From positions 4,340,001 to 4,404,000 of the forward strand of contig NW_026889759.1 in the NCBI RefSeq assembly GCF_033153115.1: 64,000 nucleotides of DNA, in the 5' to 3' direction. Within the stretch, counting starts at the first letter, position 1. Every line of letters begins with the position of its first letter. Under the pieces are notes generated by a model. The model saw only the letters and a list, made by a program, of their open reading frames with translations. It ran no database searches and had not been told where the DNA came from. The DNA comes from Saccostrea echinata. Taxonomy: Eukaryota. Made by a program: the position numbers and the translations under genes. Positions 36,641-48,856 of the stretch are shown piece after piece.

Positions 36641-38072
36641 ATGAAATTTTCTTAAGCCCAAGTGAAGAATTTTCAGTTTCGTTATTACGCCTTTTTATGT
36701 CGTAATGCATGTAATAACTTTTATTTTGTTTTCTTCATTTGATTCTTCTAGGCGTTCGTAATTTACAGCTAGGACTTGAATTAAGAATCTTTCACAACGT
36801 TTCATGTAAATATCTAAGGGATTCGTGCTATTGTATAGACGAATAATGTCAGTACCTGTAAGATTGTTGTAAATTGCGGAAATTTTACACAAAGTATACA
36901 TTAGTGTCTACCTACCTAAAATAACCCAAGAAAAATTGTTGTGATTAAGATTTAATTTTTGGTTTATTTGTCTAACGATGGGTATTGTCTTTTCTTGCTC
37001 GTCCATCATCTTTATTGCAACGCCAATCAGATAGAATTATAAAACAAATCCAACAAGCTAATTCAGGGAAGTTTTGTGGAAAAAAGAAAGGGGAGAAAGA
37101 CCTGAAAAAATGCAGATGGAGAGGGGAAAAAGAGTCAACCCTGACCTTTCAGCTTTTGGTTTTAACTTCAATAGAGGTCTTTTTTTTAAGTTAAAGAAAT
37201 TCATCACCTTACGTTTCATTGTTTGTTTTCAACGTTTTTTATTGACAAACAATCAATAGCGTCGGAAACAAGTTCTATCAACTCACAAGTTCCTCTCAAC
37301 GTTTCATTGCAAACGCTTATGGAGACCGAAAGTTATCATCTGAAAACTATACGTATGTAACATATGCATTTCTGACCTTGTTCTTTGACCTCAAAATCAA
37401 TAGGAGCCTTCTTTAAGTTATAGTGATGAAAGTAAAAAAAAAAATAACGTTGAAATAAGTTTTTTTTTCTCCTTAAAAATTATATAAAACTATCAAATAC
37501 TATTGAATAAGGAGCCGCTTATATGCAATAAACTTAAAATTAGTTGATCTTTGAATGAAGATCCTGAAAATTAAAATTTCATGTAAAAAGTACGCGTGTA
37601 TTGATAAATTTCTGCTCAAAAAGTACATTGAATTCTAAAATGGCCATACCACATAATTTGATAAGCTAACAGCAAAAGCAAACTATTTCCAAGAACCCAA
37701 GATATACCTTTTTTATGTATACGTTTTGCTGGCGTTTTTTTTTTTAAGATAATGAATTTGCCTGTTAAAAATGATACTATCTGGGAATTATGGAGCACCA
37801 GATTATCATATTATCGAGTTAACTCGAACAACTGAAGATGTCTTTAATTATTTGAAAAAAAATCATCTATTAATCTTAAGTGCTCAACAATTCAATTAGA
37901 GAGCTCTCATAAATTATAAATGATATTTTCCATTTTGAATTATTGCGCAGTTTTGAGTTATACTGAATAATTGTTAATATCACAATTAATTTGCCGAATT
38001 AAGGCGCACAACAATTAAATTGTTTCTGTCTTCAAATTAATTAATGATATCAGCAATCGATTCGATGCGCGC

Positions 38073-39056
38073 CGCTGCATTTCATTTCCGGAATTTTGCA
38101 TAGCATTTCCGACATTTTTTAATTTCATTCGACAATTTATTTTTTTTTTTATTTCCGACATTTAATCTTTTTCATTTCCGGATTTTTTGCAAGGCTACTC
38201 TTCGGCAATTTAATGTTAACCAAGTAGGTGGAAATGGAATTTTAAAAAATATAAATAAAAACATATAATACACCCTTTATGTATACATGTTTTTCATTAT
38301 TAGCCATATTCATCCGTTGCACAGAATAGATTTATTGCATCTTTCCTTGCGCTACATGCGTATATATGTCTCCTTTCTTAATTAAACAAAGAACAAAAAA
38401 AAACAAAAAAAACAAAAAAACAAGAGGCCTAAGGGCCTTAACGGTCACCTGAGTATCATACAACAATTTAGAGAATCCATAGAGTATAAAATGAACTAAA
38501 AGGTGAAGCTTTGTTGCCCAAAAGCAAGAAAAATAGGGTGATCAGGATCAACAAAATAATTAGTCTAGTATTCATCAACAGTTCATAAATTAGGTTTTAA
38601 TCTCTTCCCCATTTATCACTCTCACCATAAGTATATTAACAAACTATCAGTGTTTCTGTAATATTTTAATTCCTTGTTGAAATCTCTTACATTGGCCTCT
38701 CTTGATCTTTGATGAACATTTCATAAGACAAGTTATTTTTGTCTGATTTTTATTTATCTACTACTTACAAGTCTACCTGATCATTAAAACTAAGAAAGTA
38801 CTTTTTGTATTATACAATAACAATTCTTGCATAATTCTCCTATTCTATTAACCTTTCAAGTACATTATTTACAGTGATTAATTATCAAAAGTAAATGGCA
38901 AAGGGGAATAACTCCTCTCAGTAGAATACAAATTATTAGAGCCCTGGCCAGGACCAGAACACTTGAACAAATGGTCCAGATGTTCAAAAATCTGGTAAAA
39001 ATACCCTTCCTTATTAAAACTTTTACTCTTTTTGCCTCTGATATGCCCAGGTGCAG

Positions 39057-39089
<33 letters not shown>

Positions 39090-39714
39090 ACAGATTCACT
39101 ATATTCACTATATTATCAATAGAGCCCCCCCCTCTCCACCGAGAAACGCCAGAGCCTCTCACCCTGGGACCAGAAGTTTGCTCATCATAAGTAATCACTT
39201 TGTTTGTCTGCTTAACACTAAGAGCAGACAGGATTATTTAATAGAATTAATGCATTTTCACTATATTATCAAGAGCCCCACCCTTACACCAGTACATCTG
39301 ACCCAGGGGGTCATGAAATTCACTACTCTGGAAGAAGCACTCTTGCTCATCATAACTATACACTTAGCTTCTTTGCTTTTTAACCAGAATATTTTCAAAG
39401 AAATGTTGCTTTCTCACTATATAATCAATAGAGCCCCCCCCCCTTTTCACCAGAACCCTTGATCCTGGGAGCCTGAAATTCACAATTTTGGAAGAGGCAT
39501 CCTTGCATATCATAACAATGTATTTAGTTTATTTAAATAATACCCAGGGGCAGAGAAGAAGATTCTCAAAGAAATAATTCACCTTCACTATAGGATCTAT
39601 ATAGCCCCACCCTAGCACCAGAACCCCTGTCCCTGGGGCCATGAATTTCACAATTTTGGTAGAGTCACCCTTGCTTATCATAACTATGTATTCAATTTGT
39701 TTCAATAATACCCA

Positions 39715-39749
<35 letters not shown>

Positions 39750-40118
39750 CTTTCACTATATGATCTATATAGCCCCGCCCTAGCACCAGAACCCCTGACC
39801 CTGGGGCCATGAATTTCACAATTTTGGTAGAGGGCTCAATGCTTATTACAATCATGCCAACAGTTTGACCCCTTGTTGTCCAGGAGTAAAGAAGAAGATT
39901 TTTAAAGATTGCATTAATTTTGGTGGTTTTAGCCCCACCCCTCAGGCCCCAGGGGGGCAGGGACCGTGAAATTCACAAATTTTGTTCCCTTTTACACATA
40001 GATGCTATATGGGAAAATTGGCTGAAATTGGTTCAGCGGTTTCAGAGAAGAAGCTGAAAATGTTCAAATGTTAACACACGACGCACAACGCACGACGGAC
40101 GACGACGGACGAAAACGG

Positions 40119-40158
<40 letters not shown>

Positions 40159-40393
40159 AGAATTCCATCAACGATGATAGTGTATTCCCTCGAATGGTTT
40201 CTGTATGCCTGATAATTTGCATACTAGCATATCTGATTTCAATCTTAACTTCAATTCTGCTTTCATTGTCGAAAAGTACTACCTTATAAATGTCGGTGAT
40301 AAAAACTTTAAAATGTCGGAAATGAAAACTATAAAATGTCGGAAATGAAAAGTTGAAAATTTGAAAAAAAAATTCCGGAAATGAAATGCAGCC
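38073..40393. mobile_element. TIR element with an 8-bp target-site duplication ATGCGCGC (middle of the nested set)
   Basis: GCTGCATTTCATTTCCGGAATTTT ... AAAATTCCGGAAATGAAATGCAGC inverted repeats, internal TTTCCGACATTT / AAATGTCGGAAA subrepeats, TSD at 38065-38072 and 40394-40401. Confidence 0.8.
38419..40155 (-). mobile_element. HINE-type element, reverse orientation (innermost of the nested set)
   Basis: AACAAGAGGCCTAAGGGCCT hairpin plus GGTCACCTGAGT at the left; GACG microsatellite and palindrome AGGTCACCTGAGT-G-ACTCAGGTGACCT at the right; internal ~170-180 bp units. Confidence 0.85.
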
Positions 40394-40879
40394 ATGCGCG
40401 CAATAACTCAATTAAAGGGAGCAATAATTCAATTAATCCGCACAATAATTGAATTTTTGTTCTCTTCGTTTAAATTAATGATATCGTTATTCAATAAATC
40501 CGCGAAAGAATTCGTTACGAGAGGGCAACAATTTCAAAAGAGCTAGGTATCTTCTGTTCAACATCCATGAATTAAATAATGATATCGTTAATACAACTGT
40601 TTCTCTCTTTAAAGGTATTTTTGCTTGCATTGAATCGTCCTTCAAAATCGCTGTAATATAATAAAAAAAAATATCTCCAGTTGTATCATTTATACCCGAC
40701 CGAGGTCTAAATTAATGTCTGCGAGCAATATCTCCACCATATTATTGCTCTCTCCAATTGAATTGATGCTCCTTTCATTTCAATTGATGAGAGCAAAATC
40801 AAATTGTGTGCAATATAATATAAAATGATATTTTCAATTACTCGAGTTTATGCTTAATTTGGCGCTCCATATACATGTA

Positions 40880-41215
40880 CTGTCTACAGAGAAATGTTCG
40901 CCCCCGTTTTATTTCCGAACTATTACGTCCTATTCGCGAGAGGGCGAATTCAAACATGGACGAATTGAAGGGAGACAGCATTCATTCTTTAACATACTGT
41001 GTCTAAATGAAGTTAAAACGGGGGAAATTGTTTACAAGTGTGTGAGTCGCCAGCGTGGCGCAATGGTTAGGCCTAGAGTTGATCCTTACGTCGCGAGTTC
41101 GAATCCCACTGTGAGACGTGGAGACCGGTCCTTCGGATAAGACCGTATAAAGGGACGTTAAAAAAACAAGTGTATAAAGGGAGAAAATAACACGAGGCGA
41201 AAAAACTCTGTATAC
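40880..41215. mobile_element. MITE carrying an inserted tRNA-derived SINE fragment (about 41044-41165, + strand)
   Basis: Imperfect TIRs (TGTCTACAGAG..TTCGCC / GGCGAA..CTCTGTATACA). The insert has A box TGGCGCAATGG, B box GTTCGAATC and an A-rich tail, and is flanked by ACAAGTGT direct repeats (41034, 41166). Confidence 0.65.
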
Positions 41216-41229
41216 ATGACACGATCCTT

Positions 41230-41344
41230 GTGTCCTTTCTGACATATTTTATTTTCCTAAATCAAATCTGCAACTTGACGACTTTAAAGTCGATCGTCAT
41301 GTTGCAGATTTTATTTAGGAAATAAAATATGTCAGAAAGGACAC
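41230..41344. repeat. Near-perfect long inverted repeat (about 51-bp arms)
   Basis: 41230-41281 is the reverse complement of 41294-41344, with 2 mismatches and 1 indel. Confidence 0.9.
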
Positions 41345-41803
41345 TTCTTTTCTATATCATTAAAAAACTTGCAACCCTATGCAAGTAATCTGGAACCCTT
41401 GGACAATTTTGACTGAAAAACACCAAGTGAACATATAGAAATTTTGCCATTTATAATATATCACAAAATCAGCACCATACAATCAGAACAAAGAATTATT
41501 TATGTAAAAAAAAAAATTACAGGGAAATAGAATAATTAATAAACCGACTTCAACTGACTATTCCACAGTAACCAATATGAATTGAAGAGAATAAATTCCT
41601 TTCACAAATGTTAATCCATTGCTTCATAGGCATAATGTATATGGAGGGAAAAGAAATCCTAAATTTGTTTAATATGAAAATAATAATAATAAATACAGAT
41701 AGTAAACCAGAACCATATAGCCATATGATAAACATATTATAAGTCCGCAGTCACATCTTGAACGCATAAATATTCAAGTTTTAGCGAAACGAAATTATGT
41801 GCA

Positions 41804-41811
41804 TGACGTCA
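41804..41811. promoter_or_regulatory. Palindromic CRE (TGACGTCA) upstream of orphan gene B
   Basis: Perfect CRE about 80 nt before the ATG, at the same position as in paralog A. Confidence 0.55.
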
Positions 41812-41884
41812 TAATAACACGTGATATCGAACGTAACAATTGATGTGACGAAACAATTGTCGCTACAACAAAACTTGGATAAAG

Positions 41885-44800
41885 ATGTTGGAGGTAAAGA
41901 TGCTTACATAATTACAATAATTCATTCCATGTTTTTTACGATAAATTCAGTTACAGAATATTTTTACGTTTATCATTTCATATTTCATATTCTTTGTAGA
42001 AAAGCATGCATGACGAATTGGATTTTGGAGCTGAAGCAGTCAAAGGTGTGGTAAGTATATATAGTTGCTATTTGTGAATAATATTGTTTCAACAATAAAG
42101 CTGGAACACATAATTACACGTACATAGTTTAATCTCTAGTGCATATCATATTGACGTTTTTTGTCAAAATGTTGAGTTTAACATGATTTAAATGAATAAA
42201 TATTATCATATTGATATAAAAATAAAAGCATTTTGAGGATCCTTTTACAAGACAATTTCATCTGACATTTATTTCATGCTTTATCTATTTTAAGTAATAA
42301 AATCACTTGAAACCCTTAAAATTCTGCGTTCTGCTTTTTCATTTTTAATTAAAAGATATTTCTTTTTACCATAATTTGAATTTTTGAATACATATATCTT
42401 CAATCATTGAAAAAATTGTATTTTATCATTTTTCAGGATGCCAAACTGGCGATTTTAAAGTTCAATTATAGCTGGGCGGCTGAAGTGGAAAAAGGAGAGA
42501 GAATAATGGAGGTAAATGTATACAAAGTTATACACATTGATTTACTGTATTTTGCTTGTGAGAAGAGATTTATTATTATACACTGCTTACATGTCTGATA
42601 ATGTTAGCAAAATATAGTCTTTCGCTTCTATGTTTTATTACTGTGATAGCATAAAACCAATTTTTGATAAGATATCATACCCAATATGTTAAAAAAAAAC
42701 AGCCAAACAAACAAACAATAAGAAAAGGGAAAGTTTGTATTGTTATGACTTTTTTCTTAAGATAAAAAGCAGTAGACTCTCATGATGATAAAAATTTGTT
42801 CTCTATAGGAAGTAAAAAGACAACCTTTGGAGCCATCAGATGCCATGAAACAGAAACAATGGAAGTCCGAAGAAGATAACAAGACCGTCGTCCATAGGTA
42901 ATATTCTACCCTAGAGGAAGTGTTTTCCAGTAAAATCTTGCCAAACTCTAGCGAAAGTTACTGACACGCCAAAGCAATCTGATTTCCAATTCTATATATC
43001 AATTGAATATTTTGTTAACCTTCATTATTTTCTTTGTAGACAACCAATTCTTGATTTTGGTGAGGAGCCAGTTAAAAATTTAGTAAGTAGACGTTTTGAA
43101 AATTAAGGCCGTATTTTAAGATATTAGGTAGTAATATAGGGTTATTGACTAGCAAGTAGTATTGTAAAATATACATAACGAAATTTGTTGAAATATTGAA
43201 GTCCATGCACTGTACCACCGACGATGTCTATTGTAGATATTTAACATTCTTTGAATTTATGAAATCCCCCCCCCCCCAAAAAAAAAAATGAACAAACTTT
43301 GTGGTTTTATTTCCAGGATGCAAAGTTGGAGATTCTGAAGTTTAATTACAGTTGGGTGGATGAGGTGGAGAGAGAAGAAAGAATGACCGAGGTAAATAAA
43401 TACATATCAGTTATCCACATTAACTTTGTCTGTGAGAAGACAATACAAATTACTTACTTGCCCGATTCTGAAGAAGTGTGGTCATTCATTATTTTAAGTG
43501 TATTATCATTTGTATCTTTCGATGCTTTACTAATTTACATACTGTTAAAACATAATATTTTGTGAACAACAAAATCACCAAATGACTCTTTGCTAACATG
43601 AACAAAACAAGTATGACCGTTTTATTTTTATGGTATAAGACGATTTAAAAAGAAATGATAAGCAATATTGTCCTCTAGGAAGCAAAATGGAAAGCTTTGG
43701 AACCTACAGATGTCATGAAACAGAAACAATGGCCGTCAGACGATAATAACAGATCCATTTATGGGTAATTTTCTATAGCATTGGAAACTTGTTTAATTAC
43801 GTACTCGTGGAACTGGAATAAAGTTACTGATATATCAAAGCAAGTTGATTTACCGTACTTTATATATGTGTACTGATATGCTTTTGGATATTTGCCTGAA
43901 AGTCTCACGATTTTCTTTGTAGACAAGCATTTCTGGATTTTGGCGAGGAGCCAGTTACAAATTTAGTAAGTACAATTTTCCAAACTGTTGCTATATATTT
44001 CCCAGTGCTGCATTTTTTTTTCTTCAAAAACTGTGTGGAAAAAAACTTTTATTAACTTGTAAATTTCATGTAAATGACAAAATACATGTCCGTATACTGT
44101 AGACCAGAGAATGTTTTACCAATACCTTAATACCCAAAATACAAATAAACCAATGAATTGATCATAATCATGGGACTACTGAAATGTTTTGAATTTCCTT
44201 CTATTTTTTAAAGAATACATTTTTAATATGATTTCAGGATGTTAAGCTAGATATTTTAAAGTTTAACTATAGCTGGGCTACAGAAGTTGAAGAACACGAA
44301 AGAAGAACGAAGGTATGTACAATAGCAAGGGTATTTCAAGCAGTCTTCTCACATTTTTATGTAAAGGAGCGTGATATAAATAGATTCAGGAAAATCAAAA
44401 TATTCCTCCATTCTTTTTATTATTAGGAAGCTCAATTACAAAGCAAAGATCAAGAAGACGCAACAGAAAAAGAAATTCAAAAATCAGTTCCGATTGAAGA
44501 GGTAAAGGTGAAGATTCCAGAGAAACCCCAGAAAGTTACCCCAGAAGACCAGGCAAGAGAGATGACAAAGGTCCAAAATGCAAAGGAAGAGGTGCAGGAG
44601 AAGACGAATAACGGTTTAAGGTATTGCATCACTGAAATTAATGAGTTTGTCTTATCACTTAATGTGTAACTATATATATATATATTTTTTTTTACATAAT
44701 TGCGTTTGCACTCATATTTTTGCGGATTCTAAAAAGAACATCTCATAATTTATACAGCAAACCTACAGAAATTTTCAATGATGAAAAGCCAGAGACCGGT

Positions 44801-45790
44801 TTGAAAACAGAAGTGTATCAGCATGGACAAAAAATAAGTAACATACAGGTATGCCATATCATTTCTTGACTTTTTGTCATGAGAAAAATTTAAAATAGTT
44901 AAAACAACAGAATGAAGGTAAACTATCGGCGAAAAGAGGATATTAAGACTGTATATATAACGAATGACACTCTATTATAATTGTTATGTCCTCAACGATT
45001 TTTAAAGCACCGAGTACAAGAGCTATTGATTTAATGGTTAATAGTGTTTAATTAATAATGAATATGTTAGTTTCAATTAAAATCTTATGTTTTTTGTAGC
45101 CACTGACCAATATCGAGGTTAAAAACGAGGACCATTTTATTCCAAGAAGGCTCTTTCTATTCGGGATAACCGAATTCAAGGTACATGTTAAAACTTTTCA
45201 GTTACACATGTATTCCCTATTGAAACTTATTTTTTTAATAATTAAAAAGTAGTTGAAAGTGAATGGTAAATGAACATTTAAAAAACTTTTTGTTTATTTC
45301 TGATTAAAGTTGTAATAAGAGACTGTCCACCCTGGTAACATAGCCTTTAAAATGTGGACTTGATTGTTCAGGCTTCTAAATAAAAGTATCTACGCATAAT
45401 AAAAAAAAATCATTCACATTTGAAAATCTATTTACGAATGTATTTATATTGAAGTAAATGTTATATCATATTCCATCATGGTTTCCACACTGTTTGAAAT
45501 TTTTCCTCTTTTTTTGTTTCATTCTAGACTGATGCAGCACATACCAACATATACACTGAAATCTCCATGCCCAATGTTTGTAACTCTTTGGACGAATTAT
45601 CCACAATTTGTATATCTGAAGCAACAATGGCAAGTTTACAGTATTGACTTACATTGTCATTTTATCATTATCACACTAAAAGACTTTAGGAGGTGTAATA
45701 ACTTATCATACCTTTTTTTCATTTCAGGCAACTGTATCTCCCAAGAAGAGCCTTCGCAGAAGAATTAAGAATTTTCTTGGTTTTAAATAA
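41885..45790 (+). CDS. Uncharacterised repeat protein B, about 358 aa. Exons 41885-41893, 42000-42050, 42437-42511, 42809-42897, 43040-43082, 43317-43391, 43679-43764, 43923-43965, 44238-44312, 44427-44620, 44758-44848, 45100-45180, 45528-45629, 45728-45790
   Basis: The 14 exons sum to 1077 nt with an open frame. It has the same repeats, the motif DHFIPRRLFLFGI and the C-terminus LRRRIKNFLGFK*. The last intron is GC-AG. Confidence 0.85.
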
Positions 45791-47829
45791 AATGACTCCA
45801 ATGATATTGAATATTGATCAGAGACTCGACATCAAGAAAACTAGAAAGAATTCGTTGTTTTCATTCCATGTTATATGTCATAGATTTATTCAAACATCTA
45901 TTAAATGCCATCTGTTTATTGATTGTGGGTTTGTTAGTTATTTATGAATTTTATTTATTGATGCACAAAGTCGAGGCGACATAATTGCCCCGCCTATGAT
46001 TTTGTCTGTTCTGTGAATGTTCGGACAAATTTAATGAAACTTTACAGAAATAATAATCACTAACTCTAGTTTTAAATTTTTCAAAATATCCACCGTTTCT
46101 TTGGAAATGAAATGTAAAAATTCTTCATTTCAATTTTTCTTAGTAACTGTCCAGGATTTTCCTTGCATCGTGCGTGCGGGTATTATTGTCTTATAAATGA
46201 CAGCATCTATTTACATTTGACAGCCGACTTTCTTAAGCTTTCTTCATTATAGTCTTAATAAACTTCATAATAAAGAGTTGCAGAAACATAAAAGCACTTG
46301 CGATGGAACTCTTGAACTTTGACCAGGAAAGTTGGTCAAGGTCAATGGAGAAAATGCTGATGGCAATGGTGTGAGCAGGTAGCCTTGACCTTTGACCTTC
46401 TTTGGTCCTCAAGTCACATGTAATCTTCAAGTCGAGTTATATTTTTTCCCAAATGGTTAGTTGTTACCAAATTACCTTACTTCAGTATAATTTATAAAGT
46501 TACAATCAGTTTAATGCGATCATATGCTTATTTTAATTTTACCTGTTCTTTCTGGATACGCTAGGGATGGGGTCAATTTTCAACAGATGTCAATTTCTTG
46601 TAGGTTGCACATGCTGATCCCTAGGGGTTCTTTTCTATACACAAAAAAACAACAACAAAAAACCCCCACACTTTTCAACATTTTTCTACAGTTTGGGGGG
46701 AGGGGGCATTTTTCCACATCGAACTCTCCCTCCCGGTCATTAAAAACCACCTTAATAAATCACCAAAATTTCACAATACATATGCATAAATACTAGTAAT
46801 CATAAAATCTAGATACTTGACTAACTTAGACTGCCCAAGCCAGAAGAAAATAAAAATCTCGAGACACCATGCATGCGCTGATCAAGGAATTTTTCACGGA
46901 GGGGGTTGTGGTTGTAAAGAAAAACTATTTCGTTGGATTGGGGGATGGAGTTTACAATGTGATTCCTTCATGACTTTTATATGAATCTCGTTACCATCTT
47001 ACATATGTACATGTGGTCCGTGTTTCCTGGGTGAGGGGTTCCAAGGTCATATTTTTACTGAAAACTTGAAACGATAAAAATCCGGAGGGGGGGGGGGCTT
47101 TAATCCGAATTTGTTTTTATCAAACTTACAATAAACTTTGAAAAAAACATCTTATTAGGTAAAACTTTGTAAAATATACTCTTTTTAAATTACATGTCAC
47201 AGAAAAAAAATCAGAGATCTCAAGCATGGAATGCTTTAATAATGATAGGTATATTGTTAAAATGCATTGTTTGTTAGTTAAATTTGAAAATATGGATGAA
47301 AATGCACCTGCCCCCCGTCCCCCTCCCAGTCTGAAAAAAAAGTTTCAAACGGGCGTGACAGTAAAGGACGAACCAACAAATTGCCATCGAGTTGGGTACT
47401 GGGACTAAATTTAAATGGCTAATATGCTGATTTATTGTTTTCTCATTTAAAGAAGGATAAGATTCTTCAAAAGCTCAATGGTATATCTTTGGATACATTT
47501 AAAAAATAAAAAATAATTCACTCTCATACATTTTCAAGTTTCATTTACTGAAACATGGATTAGAGATCTAACCAATCTTTGGCCAGTTAACTATCTCGTC
47601 ATAAAAGATTTTCGTATCAACCGTAAGGAGTTATCCCCCCTTTAGAGAACTCTTCTATGTTATTAAATTGTAAACATGGAAAATGTCTTCCCAAATATTT
47701 TTGTTGTGTAAAAATATAGATTACTCAACGAAACACGTTAAATATGTTGAAAATCAAGGAATATTGTTCTAAGTATGACGAAATATACTGATATACCTGT
47801 GGCACTTAGAGAATGACACCCGAATGAGC

Positions 47830-47919
47830 GGAATTTGCTGTTCTTTATTCATTCGTCATCTGGTCGATCAGAAGACTGAATTTGTAAACATAACAGATCA
47901 AGGTGATCAAGTGCAACAG
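47830..47919 (+). promoter_or_regulatory. Probable promoter / non-coding first exon of RB1CC1
   Basis: CpG-richer patch ending in a CAG|GTAGGT donor, with forkhead-type GTAAACA at 47670 and 47884. The start coordinate is approximate. Confidence 0.4.
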
Positions 47920-48856
47920 GTAGGTAACAAAGAAAAAGTAAAAAATTAATATCTATTAGTTTTGAAATGAATTTGTATTTATAATTAATTGCTGTAAGGT
48001 AAAAAGGTCGATAAATCAGGTATTGCATAATAAAACAGCTGGTAACTTAGGAGCAAGTAACTTGAGAGTGATTGCCTCAGCTGGGTGCAATGTCTTTCAT
48101 GATAGCAGAATAATTCATTTGAAATGTTTTTTTTTTCTTTTTCCTTTTATTCAGAAAAACTCATATGAACACAGTCTAGGGATATAATTAGTATCTTGAC
48201 TCAGTTATCAATTCCAAGAATTTTTATGTGCAGGAAATAGGATATCTTAGCCTCATCTCAGTTAACCAATAGAAATATATTGAAAAGTTTTCATTTGTGC
48301 TTTAAAATAATGAATCCTGACATCTTCTCTATTAAGGACTTCCATCATAAATGGTATTTTTAAAAACTTTTTTCATAAATCTATATTCCTCACACATGAA
48401 TTAAATTTAAAATTATCAATATTGCCACAATGATTGATATATTTGATTTTGAATATTTAATTTCTGACAAAATCTTGAAAAAATCAGAAATATATTAAAA
48501 ATTAAAACACACACACTATCCATATATCAAATGGCATTCTGTTTTCAAATAGATTTCAATTTTGCATAGAATAGAAAATTCTATCTGTATAGGAACATTT
48601 ATTCATAATTGGCAGCCACGAAGCATATATGTAATATGTAAGTTTTAAATGGCATAGTATTATGCATCGCTACAACCCTTGTGCATTTGAAGAGCGTAAA
48701 CTTCTGGGTAAGTAAATCATAATCAGATTTTCCATAAAAGAAATATATATGTATACCACTCATAGCAAACATTTATGAAATAGAACAATACAAGAATGAT
48801 AATTTCATTTGATTTGATTTTATTATTATTATTTTGTGATTTCAGATTGATCCAAG

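Larger units (their letters stand above)
37791..40869. mobile_element. TA-flanked TIR element (outer shell of a nested set)
   Basis: TA|TGGAGCACCAGATTATCATA..TCGAGT versus ACTCGAG.TTATGCTTAATTTGGCGCTCCA|TA, with internal degenerate AATTCAATT/AATTAATGATATC repeats on both sides. Confidence 0.65.
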
